Origin: Thermodesulfobacteriota bacterium
Lineage (GTDB): Bacteria > Desulfobacterota_D > UBA1144 > Nemesobacterales > UBA2774
Reading direction: 5' to 3'
NCBI GenBank assembly: GCA_965216785.1
Contig: OZ244197.1
Span: 2,304,001 to 2,368,000, forward strand
DNA: 64,000 bases
In this document: in pieces, positions 39,924 through 48,926 of the stretch
Layout of the letters: each line of letters begins with the position of its first letter
Numbering within the stretch: the first letter of the stretch is position 1
Made by a program: the position numbers and the translations under genes
The notes under the pieces: model-generated
Database searches by the model: none
Told to the model about the DNA's origin: nothing
What the model saw: the letters and a program-made list of their open reading frames with translations, nothing else

Positions 39924-41176
39924 TAGAGATCGAACGTTTAATCAAGCAGACCGAAAAATTTGACCCTCATAAGATTAAAGAAGATTTCCCCGTGCTTAAG
40001 CGGCTGGTTAACGGGAAGAGGCTCGTTTACCTTGATAACGCCGCTACCACTCAAAAACCGCTCAGCGTTATTGAGTGCATAGAGGATTACTACAAGCTTC
40101 ACAACGCTAACATTCACCGCGGCGTGCATACCCTTAGCTACGAGTCCACCGTCATGTACGAAGAAGGGCATAAAAAAGTTGCCGAGCTCATAGGGGCGAA
40201 AGACTGGAGAGAAATTATTTTCACCAGAAACGCTACCGAGTCCATAAACCTCATCGCCTACGGGTGGGGGCTGCACAACCTTCATGAAGGCGATGAAGTT
40301 GTCATCACTATTATGGAGCATCACTCAAACATAGTGCCCTGGCAGATGCTCAGAGACCTAAAGGGCATTACGTTAAAATACATAGACGTTGACGATCAGG
40401 GAAACCTTAAGCTGGATGATCTGCCAAAGCTCATAACAGATAAAACAAAACTTGTAAGCGTTATACACGCATCAAATGTAACGGGGGCGATTAACCCCGT
40501 GAAAGAGATTTCGCGCGAAGCAAAAAAAGCGGGCGCGCTCGTACTCGTGGACGCGGCTCAATCAGTTCCGCATATAGGTTTGAGCGTAGATGATTTGGGT
40601 TGCGATTTTCTCGTTGCCTCCGGACACAAGATGCTCGGGCCCACCGGGATAGGGTTTCTTTACGGCAGGACGGAACTTCTGGAATCTATGGAGCCTTTCA
40701 TGTACGGCGGCGATATGATAGAGAAAGTCACCATGGAAGCTTCCACCTGGAACGAGCTTCCCTGGAAGTATGAGGCCGGGACCCCGAATATCGAAGGCGG
40801 GATAGCGATAGGGGCGGCGGTCGATTACATGAACATGCTGGGGCTCGATAATATATACGCCCATGAAGAAGAGCTTACAGCCTATGCCTCTGAGAGGTTC
40901 TCTCAAATTCCGTGGATAAACACCTATGAGTCTGCAACAGGTCCGAGAGTAGGGGTGATATCCTTTAACGTCGAGGGCGTGCACCCTCACGACGTGGCGG
41001 GGACTCTGGACGAAGAGGGCATAGCGGTGCGCTCCGGACACCACTGCGCTCAGCCTCTGATGAAGAGACTTGGTATGGACTACGCCGCGCGCGTAAGCTT
41101 TTACCTTTATAACACCAAAGAAGACGTCGATCTGACAGTCAGGGCGCTAGAAAAGGCCAAAAAAATATTCGGTTAG
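39923..41176 (+). CDS. sufS: Cysteine desulfurase SufS (start uncertain: ATA 39923 proposed; first canonical GTG at 39992)
   Basis: 'VYLDNAATTQKP', 'NANIHRG', 'EHHSN', 'SGHKMLGPTG', 'RSGHHCAQP'. The conserved N-terminal 'FDPHKIKEDFP' lies upstream of the GTG. Confidence 0.93.
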   Translation: MEIERLIKQTEKFDPHKIKEDFPVLKRLVNGKRLVYLDNAATTQKPLSVIECIEDYYKLHNANIHRGVHTLSYESTVMYEEGHKKVAELIGAKDWREIIFTRNATESINLIAYGWGLHNLHEGDEVVITIMEHHSNIVPWQMLRDLKGITLKYIDVDDQGNLKLDDLPKLITDKTKLVSVIHASNVTGAINPVKEISREAKKAGALVLVDAAQSVPHIGLSVDDLGCDFLVASGHKMLGPTGIGFLYGRTELLESMEPFMYGGDMIEKVTMEASTWNELPWKYEAGTPNIEGGIAIGAAVDYMNMLGLDNIYAHEEELTAYASERFSQIPWINTYESATGPRVGVISFNVEGVHPHDVAGTLDEEGIAVRSGHHCAQPLMKRLGMDYAARVSFYLYNTKEDVDLTVRALEKAKKIFG

Positions 41177-41226
41177 TGTCTTTTACAGGAACTGTTGGGG
41201 CCAACACTTCTCACGCAGCTTTGTCT

Positions 41227-41243
41227 TGTCTTATAATCTGACA
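41227..41243. promoter_or_regulatory. Putative enhancer (UAS) TGTC-N9-GACA
   Basis: GTCTTATAATCTGACA (41228-41243) is the exact reverse complement of 61635-61650. Confidence 0.65.
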
Positions 41244-41291
41244 CAAGTCAATCATTTTACTCTAGAATCATCAATAATACTGGGATTTTAA

Positions 41292-41308
41292 ACGGCATGC
41301 ATATTGCC
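41292..41308 (+). promoter_or_regulatory. Sigma54 -24/-12 promoter of the USP gene
   Basis: CGGCATGCATATTGC: GG(41294)-N10-GC(41306). Confidence 0.62.
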
Positions 41309-41453
41309 AATTATAATATTAGTATGATAACGCGCGATGTGTTATCATATATGTATGAACAATACGCGTTATCAAGCCAAGTTAAAGTAATACATTAGGT
41401 TTGTGGTATTGTCTGATTTTGACAGAGTTAACAATATGTTTAAGGAGGTTCTG

Positions 41454-41891
41454 ATGAAGATTGAAAAAATATTATTCCCGACCGATTTTTCTTTAAAATC
41501 ATTAAAAGCAAGAGAGTACGCGATCTATCTTGCCGGTATGCTGGATGCCACGGTGTTCATACTGCACGCGATCGAGCCTTTTGAGTACGATGAGCTTGAT
41601 GATGAGATAAAAGGGTTTTATAAGGATCTTGAGATTCAGCTCAAGGAAAAGATGGAGAAGGAAAAAGATGTATTCACTTCAAGCGGCATCGGAGTGCATG
41701 ACGATATAGTGATAGGGCCCAGATGGAGAGTCGTCAACACCTACGCGAGCGAGCACGCGATCGATTTAATCGTTATGGGATCTCACGGTGTAAAGACAGA
41801 AACCGGAGAGCTTTCGGTAGGCACGACGAGCCATAAGGTTATGTTCACTTCCCCTTGCCCGGTGCTGCTGGTGAGACACGGAAAAGAATAG
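41454..41891 (+). CDS. Universal stress protein (single domain)
   Basis: 'KILFPTDFS', 'DLIVMGSHG', 'SPCPVLLV'; AAGGAGG RBS. Confidence 0.92.
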   Translation: MKIEKILFPTDFSLKSLKAREYAIYLAGMLDATVFILHAIEPFEYDELDDEIKGFYKDLEIQLKEKMEKEKDVFTSSGIGVHDDIVIGPRWRVVNTYASEHAIDLIVMGSHGVKTETGELSVGTTSHKVMFTSPCPVLLVRHGKE

Positions 41892-42003
41892 TATTAGAGA
41901 GAAAAGGGATATTTAAAAATGAGTTTTTCTCTGCCCTCATATAGTATATAATGTAAATACTCTAGGCGGAGATTACTTGTCTATCTATTTACAGGAGGAT
42001 TCT

Positions 42004-42828
42004 ATGAGAGTAAGGAAGAAAACTCATTTAGCTATAGCCGCAGTGCTCTTTTCAGTAAGCTTTATATTCATTGGCCATACATATCTTACACAAATTGCTG
42101 GTGCGCAAGATGAGCCCCAGCAGGCAGCTCAGGCTGAGCCGCAAATAGCGATCGAGCCTGAAGCGCTCACTGTGCTCAAAAGGATGTCCGACGCTCTGAG
42201 CTCCCTTAAGCAGTTCAGCTTCGATGCCGAGGTCAATTTTGACGAACCCATAGATTCGGGACAGATGGTTCAGTACGGAGGCGTTGTAACAATAACCGTA
42301 AAAAGACCCAACAAAGTGTTTGCGGAAATGACAGGAGACCGGGCCCAGCGAAAGGCATGGTATAACGGTAAGGAATTAACCATGTTTGATCAGAAAAAAG
42401 ACTTTTACGGTCAGCTCGAAACACCCGATACCATAGATAAGACAATGGACTACCTCATGGAGACCTATGATTTTACACTCCCGCTGGCCGACATCCTGCA
42501 CACGGATCCATACGGGTCGTTTTCTGACGGCGCGTTGGAGGGCGTGGTCATAGGCGACGCTATAGTCAGAGGAAAGCAGTGCTCGCACATTGCGTTTGCC
42601 GGAGAGCTGATAGATTGGCAGATATGGGTTTCCAAAGAGGAGCCGGCTCTACCTTGTAAGCTGGTTATTACATATGAAGATCAACCGGGCGTGCCGCAGT
42701 ACCAGGCCACATTCTCTAACTGGAATGTGAACCCTGAAGTGCCGAACTCCTTGTTTAAGGCGCAGATACCCGAGGACGCGGTAAAGATTGATTTCATAGA
42801 TATGAAGAAACAAAGGGGGGCTAAATAA
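42004..42828 (+). CDS. DUF2092 family periplasmic protein
   Basis: Signal peptide, 'VLKRMSD', 'KRPNK', 'LPLAD', 'DWQIWV', 'LPCKLVIT', 'PQY'. Confidence 0.82.
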   Translation: MRVRKKTHLAIAAVLFSVSFIFIGHTYLTQIAGAQDEPQQAAQAEPQIAIEPEALTVLKRMSDALSSLKQFSFDAEVNFDEPIDSGQMVQYGGVVTITVKRPNKVFAEMTGDRAQRKAWYNGKELTMFDQKKDFYGQLETPDTIDKTMDYLMETYDFTLPLADILHTDPYGSFSDGALEGVVIGDAIVRGKQCSHIAFAGELIDWQIWVSKEEPALPCKLVITYEDQPGVPQYQATFSNWNVNPEVPNSLFKAQIPEDAVKIDFIDMKKQRGAK

Positions 42829-43748
42829 TGAGATTAAGCATGAGAAATAATACTAAAAGACCTACAGTATTAATCATCTTCCTATTATTATCAGCGCTGC
42901 TCATTGTCACGAGCGACGCTTTCGCCCGCAGAGGCGGCGGTGGACACAGGGGAGGAGGGGGACATAAAAACGTTCAGAGAGGCGGGGGCGGAGGCGGCGG
43001 TGGGTTCGGAAACCGCGGTAACGGTAGCGTCCGCTATTCCGGGCAGCGAAACAATCAGGGGAGCAGGCAACGGAGCGCTCAGCACAGAAACCCCTCACAG
43101 GGAACAAGGCAAAATGTCGGTACCCGTCCGAATAACCCTAACAGGCCCAATAATCCCAACAATCCCAACAGGCCCAATAACCCGGGCAACAGACCTGGTA
43201 ATCCAGGCAACAGGCCGGGCGGCGGCAACAATACCATCAATGTTGACGTTACTAGAAAATATAGCAACAAAAATTATTACGGCGGTCACTGGAACTCTTG
43301 GGGCGGTTACTATTCAGGCTGGGCGTTTGCAAGCGGTCTTGTAATTGGGGCCGCGATTGCGAGCATACCTCAGCAGTCTCAGACAGTCTATGTGGGCGGA
43401 GACACCATATACTATTCAGAGGGCGTGTATTACGCCCCTGAAGGGAGTGAATACGTCGTGATACCGCCTCCTACCGGTGCGGTCGTAACGGATCTTCCTT
43501 CTTCCTGCACGACTGTAAGTGTGGGAGAGTACGACTACTACAACTGCGGCGGGGCGTATTACCTTAGACAGGGGTCAGAATATAAGGTCGTAGAGCCTCC
43601 GGTGGGAGCAATAGTGAGTGATATCCCCGAGGGCGCTCAGAAAACAGATATTAACGGGCAGACCTATTTTGTTTTCGCGGGCGGCTACTATCAGCCGTTT
43701 TACAGCGGGAACTCTGTCGTTTACAAAATCGTTCAGGCGCCTGCGTAA
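42828..43748 (+). CDS. Secreted Gly/Arg/Asn/Pro-rich protein with DUF6515-like C-terminus
   Basis: Signal peptide, GGG tracts, PNN/PGN repeats, repeated 'YY...GxxY...VV.PP.GA.V..LP' modules. Confidence 0.75.
   Translation: MRLSMRNNTKRPTVLIIFLLLSALLIVTSDAFARRGGGGHRGGGGHKNVQRGGGGGGGGFGNRGNGSVRYSGQRNNQGSRQRSAQHRNPSQGTRQNVGTRPNNPNRPNNPNNPNRPNNPGNRPGNPGNRPGGGNNTINVDVTRKYSNKNYYGGHWNSWGGYYSGWAFASGLVIGAAIASIPQQSQTVYVGGDTIYYSEGVYYAPEGSEYVVIPPPTGAVVTDLPSSCTTVSVGEYDYYNCGGAYYLRQGSEYKVVEPPVGAIVSDIPEGAQKTDINGQTYFVFAGGYYQPFYSGNSVVYKIVQAPA
43125..43228 (+). repeat. Coding 9/12-bp microrepeat (PNNPNRPNNPNNPNRPNNPGNRPGNPGNRPG)
   Basis: Direct tandem codon repeats inside the 42828 ORF. Confidence 0.7.
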
Positions 43749-43862
43749 AGCCTTTGGTTTTGCGAAGACTCTAACTCGAAAGCCGGCTAACGCCCGGGCA
43801 AGTATTAAACTAATACCCCGAGCCGGGGCTCCGCTCAAAATACGACCCAAGGTAATTTGCGC

Positions 43863-44696
43863 ATGAGTGAAACAAACGATATAAATAAAAACTCCCGGGA
43901 GGGCTATTCCTTTGGGTACGAAGAGGGGATGCTCGACTATCAATCTTACAGGGCTTTAAAGACCCTTGGCTTTGTACTCCCCTATTTAAAACCCGACATG
44001 GCGGTCCTAGAGTGCGGAAGCGGGCACGGGGTAGCGACTTTTGAAATTGCCAAAAAACTCTCAAGCGGCAATGTGATAGGCATAGATATCCATAAAGACC
44101 TCGTAGACACAAACAATAAAAAAGCCCAAGAATCACATATTGAAAACGTAAAATTCGAGACGGCGAATCTTTTAGAGCTCCCGTACCCCGAGAATTCGTT
44201 TGATCTTGTTTACATGCAGGCGGTACTGGTACATATAGCTCGCCCCGCAAGCGCGCTCACGGAAGCCCGTAGGGTGCTCAAGCACCAAGGACTTGTATTG
44301 GTCAGAGAGCCTATAATGGACAGAGCGATCTTTTCCCCTGAGAACCCGCTGTTCGAAGAGTCCTTCGAGCTCATTGAAAGAACCATAAAAAGCTACGGCG
44401 GAGACCCCAGCATTGGCCGCAAGCTATGGCCGCTACTGCATGACGCTGGGTTTGGCGATATTCTCATGTCCTCTAGCTGGGAGCAGCCGGAGTCGCTTGA
44501 AGAATGGCCCGATTTTTATGAAGGCTGGGTGAAAGCTATGGAGGGGGACGTTGCTAAAATCGTACTCGGAAACGCCTGGGCCGACGAAAAGCAAATTGCC
44601 CAAATATCTAAAGCCTGGATAGATTTCGGGAAAAACAAAAATGGATACGTCGCATCCCCCTGGGGAGAAGCTGTGGGCAGGAAATCAGCCGTGTAA
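43863..44696 (+). CDS. Class I SAM-dependent methyltransferase
   Basis: 'VLECGSGHG', 'GIDI', 'LPYPENSFDLV', 'RRVLKHQG'. Confidence 0.88.
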   Translation: MSETNDINKNSREGYSFGYEEGMLDYQSYRALKTLGFVLPYLKPDMAVLECGSGHGVATFEIAKKLSSGNVIGIDIHKDLVDTNNKKAQESHIENVKFETANLLELPYPENSFDLVYMQAVLVHIARPASALTEARRVLKHQGLVLVREPIMDRAIFSPENPLFEESFELIERTIKSYGGDPSIGRKLWPLLHDAGFGDILMSSSWEQPESLEEWPDFYEGWVKAMEGDVAKIVLGNAWADEKQIAQISKAWIDFGKNKNGYVASPWGEAVGRKSAV

Positions 44697-44721
44697 TTTT
44701 CTGTTAGACTTTGTGCCCGGC

Positions 44722-45738
44722 TTAGTACCAAAACGAATAAATCCGCTCTATCATCCAAAAAGACGCGAGCGAGCCAACGGCGTAAGCAGCCGGCTTCTCA
44801 AATGCCATTAGGTTCAGGACCCTTCCTTTTGTGATAAGCATAAATATTTTATAGAGTACTATTGCGGCCGCTATGAAAGCAAGCTGGCCAATCTCGACCC
44901 CCACGTTAAAGAACAATAGTCCCGTCCCTATCTCTGTCTGAGGGAGCCCGACTTGCTTTAGCACGGAAGCAAACCCTAAACCGTGCAGCAGCCCGAACGC
45001 TATGGACACCAGTATTGGGTATCTGTAGGTAAGAGTGTCGCGGGGCTCTTTTGCTATCTCGCTTGCCAGAAATACGATGCTGAGCGCGATTACGGCCTCT
45101 ATCGGCGCTACGGGCAGGGTTAGCAGGTTAAGGGCCGAGAGAGCGAGGGTGAGAGAGTGCGCGAGCGTGAACCCTGTGACTGTTATCAGTATCCTGCGCC
45201 CCGTGCCCGCTATGAGTATAAGGCAGACAAGGAAAAGCAGGTGATCGTAGCCTTCCAGTATGTGAGTGATGCCCAGCACAGTGTAGTCTTTGGCGACGCG
45301 TGATTTGCTTTCGCTCTCAGGCACCTGCCAAATGGTTCTACCCGGTTCGAGCAGTGCCGAGTGTGTCTCTCCCGAGTGTGTCTCGAGCCTGATCAGCGTC
45401 TGGACAGAAGGGTTATGAGCCGGGAAGCTAACTTCAACAGATGCCCCTGTGAGTCCGTCCTCGCACCTGTATACTTTCTCGCGGACGAACGAGTCTCCAA
45501 GGTTCCCGGCAAATTCGGTTCCTATCTGCTCACAGCTGCCGGGAGCGTATATCTTTGGGATATTAAACGCAGGGATAGATTTAGGTGTCTTCCAGGTAAA
45601 GGAATACACGCCCGGCTCGGTTTCTATTATTTCTACGTAAACGGGCCTGCTTTCGTGCGCTAAAGAAGTATCTTCTATATGTAAAATAAGTGAGAGCAGT
45701 ATAACTGCAAAGCTTAAGCAGGCCGCGCTAGTTTTCAC
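44722..45738 (-). CDS. HupE/UreJ family protein with periplasmic N-domain
   Basis: 'AHESRP', 'LGITHILEGYDHLLF', 'FTLAHSLTL', 'FGLLHGLGFA', 'FNVGVEIGQ'. The GTG start is estimated. Confidence 0.85.
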   Translation of the reverse strand: MKTSAACLSFAVILLSLILHIEDTSLAHESRPVYVEIIETEPGVYSFTWKTPKSIPAFNIPKIYAPGSCEQIGTEFAGNLGDSFVREKVYRCEDGLTGASVEVSFPAHNPSVQTLIRLETHSGETHSALLEPGRTIWQVPESESKSRVAKDYTVLGITHILEGYDHLLFLVCLILIAGTGRRILITVTGFTLAHSLTLALSALNLLTLPVAPIEAVIALSIVFLASEIAKEPRDTLTYRYPILVSIAFGLLHGLGFASVLKQVGLPQTEIGTGLLFFNVGVEIGQLAFIAAAIVLYKIFMLITKGRVLNLMAFEKPAAYAVGSLASFWMIERIYSFWY

Positions 45739-46672
45739 CTGAATCGCTCCGGGTCTGGCTGTCTTGTGCCGGAATTTCTGCTTCTTCAGGGCCTTCATAA
45801 ACGATCCTAACGTCGTAGGCGTCTATGATCTCTCCTATAGTTTTATTACTCTTTTCTCTTATGATGCTAAACCGGGCGTCGTCCTTTACGCGTCCGTAGA
45901 TCTCTTCTATCTCAGGGTAGCGCCCGTCTTTTTTACCGCTCAGCATCACGAGATGCGAGCCGTATTTTGACTCGAACGGGCCGTACCAAATAGCATCAGA
46001 AGGGGTGAGTGAAAAAATCTCCTCTGTAAACTCGTCACCCATATGGCTCGATACGTACTCGGGTGTGCGCTCTACGTAGTTAAGGTGATATAAAAACCTG
46101 TCACCGTGCTCTCCGCCCTTTGTGAATGGGACCTGGTTTTCATTAAGTGAAGCAAGCTTCTGCTCTGCAAGCACTCTTGCTTTTTCTTTTCCGTGTACAT
46201 CATTTCCAAAATACACGTGTGTAAAAGTTACGCTGGGTTCGACAAAGTAGTCGTCCCTGTTCTCCTCAAAATATTTTTTTATCTCATCCCCGCTTAGCTC
46301 TGTAGTACTATCTATAAATCCCCGGTTGATAAACTCCACCTTCTGTACGAGCCTTCTCCGTATTACGTAGTCCTCTCTATCAAGCCCGATCCCCAGAGCC
46401 TCTCGGTAAAGGACCTCCTCACGGACATAATCGTCAATAAGATTGCTAAGCTCCTCCTCATTCATGCTCTCGAGTTTTTCGGAAAAACCTTTCTCGTCAA
46501 AGGCCTTTGAGCGGTACTGCATGAATGTAAGGAGCGCATCCTTATCGACTACGATCGTCTTGGAATAAGTCTCTTCCGGAATATCCTTTACAGTTAAATT
46601 ATAGAGGACAAATAACCCTAACCCGATCAATAAAAAATGAAGAAGCGGCTGGCGTATCAGATTTTTCAGCAT
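45728..46672 (-). CDS. PpiC/Rotamase_2-like peptidyl-prolyl isomerase
   Basis: 'PLLHFLLIG', 'EEVLYREAL..GLD..D..IRRRL', 'FTHVYF', 'GPFESKYGSHLV'. Confidence 0.83.
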   Translation of the reverse strand: MLKNLIRQPLLHFLLIGLGLFVLYNLTVKDIPEETYSKTIVVDKDALLTFMQYRSKAFDEKGFSEKLESMNEEELSNLIDDYVREEVLYREALGIGLDREDYVIRRRLVQKVEFINRGFIDSTTELSGDEIKKYFEENRDDYFVEPSVTFTHVYFGNDVHGKEKARVLAEQKLASLNENQVPFTKGGEHGDRFLYHLNYVERTPEYVSSHMGDEFTEEIFSLTPSDAIWYGPFESKYGSHLVMLSGKKDGRYPEIEEIYGRVKDDARFSIIREKSNKTIGEIIDAYDVRIVYEGPEEAEIPAQDSQTRSDSGEN

Positions 46673-46684
46673 ACCGTGATAATT

Positions 46685-48550
46685 CTACTCAGAGGGCGTA
46701 TACCAGATTGGAGACGTATATGCCCGCTCCTGTATAGTTGCCGGATGTCCTGTTTCCTTAGGGTCTATCTGTAAAGCCACAGCGTCATATAGTGAGTTTC
46801 TGGGCGTGGGTATCTGAAGCGCTCGGATATAATAGAAAGCCCTCTCCGAAGCCTCGAACTCGGGGTCTGTCCAAGAAGTTACAAGAAGCGGAGTGCCTAT
46901 GCTGTTATTGTAGCTTGCTGTTTTCAGATCAACCGTGCTCCCGACTGCGGGCACTTTACCATCGGCCCCGGGCTTTCTGTCGCCCGACCACGCTACGTCA
47001 TACACTTTTTCCTGTGCGTTACCGTCCTTATCGAGCCACCCTTTTACAACCTGTATACGGTCAAGGTTCGCGCCTTTTGGGTCTTTGACTGCTTTGATGA
47101 GAAATGAAGGCGCTTTACCTTGTGGCGCTTTCGTTAAGTCGCTTCCCATGGGAACGCCTTTTTTATATCCCACTGTAGCTAGGTCTTTTACTTTAGTGTC
47201 CTCTTCTGTGAAGTCCCATCCTCCGAACACCCTTACTATTATCCTGGGTCCTGTGGTTGCGAAGACCTCTTTTCTCCTGAAGGCGTCAAAGAGCGAGGCT
47301 CGTGTATTCTCCTCTGCCCATACCCCTGCCAGGCCTGCGGCGCCCATATCATAGCCGTTAGCTCCTGGAATGATCTCTACTTCTTTCGTTCCCGGTGTTG
47401 AGTCGATCGCCATCTTGCCCCAGAAATTATCTTCTTCTGCGGATGACATAGCAGTGTGGGAATCTGTAGATCCGACGAGGCCGAATTTATAGGGATTGGC
47501 ACCCGTCTTATTTTCGATCTCAAGACCTCTTTTCAATGCGCTCCTTATGTAGTCGCCTTTTGAAACTTCTATATCAGGCTCAATTGCTTTTGTGTCCCCA
47601 AGGTTAGAGTCATCGAACATCGCTACACCTTCGTCTTGAACCTCGATAAAGTGCTCGTAGGTTTCGTAATCAGCGAACTCATCGTTGGGTGAGAGTCTCG
47701 GGTTTGTTTCAGAGTCCCCTTTTATCTGCGTAACCTCAACCACAGGCTCCCATGCCATCCTCAGCTTCGCGTACTCCGCTGTGATAGGTTTGCCGTCGCT
47801 GTCCACTGTTTGAAACATTAGTCCTTTACTGATGTTCGAGTTATGCGGAATTGCGAGCATTTCGGCGTTCAGGGATTTTGAAGTCTTTGCCAGCCAATTC
47901 CACAGGTCTTCAGGCTTGTCGCTATCAAAAGAGGTGTAGGGCATAAGCTTTGTGCCCACATCTTTACCGTCCTTTAAAAATACGATTCTATGCAGGTTGG
48001 CCCCATTAGGGGTAGAGGACCATTCCCAGCCAAGGAAGCTCGTAAACTTGCCGGGCTCATTGTGTCTCTCGGCTGCGTCCATAATATCGTTCCATACGGA
48101 CTCCCTGATTTCGGGAGTGTTGATCTCTTCAACTGCGGTATTATTGTTTACAGACAATATAAGCTCACCGAAGGCCTCAGCGTGTTTGCCTTCGTTTGAA
48201 AGCCGGACGAACCTTTTCCCGAACTCAGTATTTGCGACACGTGGGTCTCCGGCAAATAGCATGGGGATCACTCCCATATACTCACTGTGGTCTGAAACCA
48301 CGAGAAAGTCGAGCGGTGTGTGTATTTGTATTTTCGCTTTATTATAAGGGTGTATTACAGGCTCGCCTTTGGCGTAGCGGTATGCGGTGTCGGGATCGGC
48401 GCTCCTGTTCTCCATCAGGTAAGCGTCCGGTGAGTAGCTCGTGTGAAGGTGCGTGTCTCCGAAATATACATTTCTCTGAGGCGCGTCCTGAGCTAGTGAA
48501 AAAGTGCAAAAGGCCAAAGAAACAGCAATAAATGATAATAAAGTTCTCAT
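46685..48550 (-). CDS. DUF3604 secreted PHP-like metallohydrolase
   Basis: 'YFGDTHLHTSYSPDA', 'SDH', 'NLHR', 'IPHNSN', 'QIKGDSET', 'STDSH', 'QERAYTSPIWY'; GGAGG RBS. Confidence 0.88.
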   Translation of the reverse strand: MRTLLSFIAVSLAFCTFSLAQDAPQRNVYFGDTHLHTSYSPDAYLMENRSADPDTAYRYAKGEPVIHPYNKAKIQIHTPLDFLVVSDHSEYMGVIPMLFAGDPRVANTEFGKRFVRLSNEGKHAEAFGELILSVNNNTAVEEINTPEIRESVWNDIMDAAERHNEPGKFTSFLGWEWSSTPNGANLHRIVFLKDGKDVGTKLMPYTSFDSDKPEDLWNWLAKTSKSLNAEMLAIPHNSNISKGLMFQTVDSDGKPITAEYAKLRMAWEPVVEVTQIKGDSETNPRLSPNDEFADYETYEHFIEVQDEGVAMFDDSNLGDTKAIEPDIEVSKGDYIRSALKRGLEIENKTGANPYKFGLVGSTDSHTAMSSAEEDNFWGKMAIDSTPGTKEVEIIPGANGYDMGAAGLAGVWAEENTRASLFDAFRRKEVFATTGPRIIVRVFGGWDFTEEDTKVKDLATVGYKKGVPMGSDLTKAPQGKAPSFLIKAVKDPKGANLDRIQVVKGWLDKDGNAQEKVYDVAWSGDRKPGADGKVPAVGSTVDLKTASYNNSIGTPLLVTSWTDPEFEASERAFYYIRALQIPTPRNSLYDAVALQIDPKETGHPATIQERAYTSPIWYTPSE

Positions 48551-48926
48551 ACTAACCTCCTCCTACCAGAAGTGTTAATTGAGTATACATAATATTTAAG
48601 ATTCTTGAACTCAAATTTTATCTTAGCAAACCAACAGGCCTTGAGCTGGATAGCGTCTAAAACGTATAGCTTGCGGCAAAGCCTAGCTGCTCAAAATTAC
48701 TGAGTCCCGCGTCTGTCATTGTAAAGGTAAGAAGCGATATAAGGGCTATGAAGAATACGTTTTTTCCCCCATTTAAGACTCCTTTGGTTATTAGTATTAA
48801 TAATTATAACAAATTAGGTTCCGGTGAGTTCTGATAACGGTTTGATGCCAAAAATTAGAAACTTGCACTATAATTAAGAGTGAGACGAAAATTCCTTTAA
48901 GCGGGAAAAATAACTGGAGAAATAAA

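Noticed and set aside
48630-48720. c-di-GMP riboswitch near the GGDEF gene
   Set aside because: Only a GGCAAA word; the paired P1/P2 architecture is not evident.
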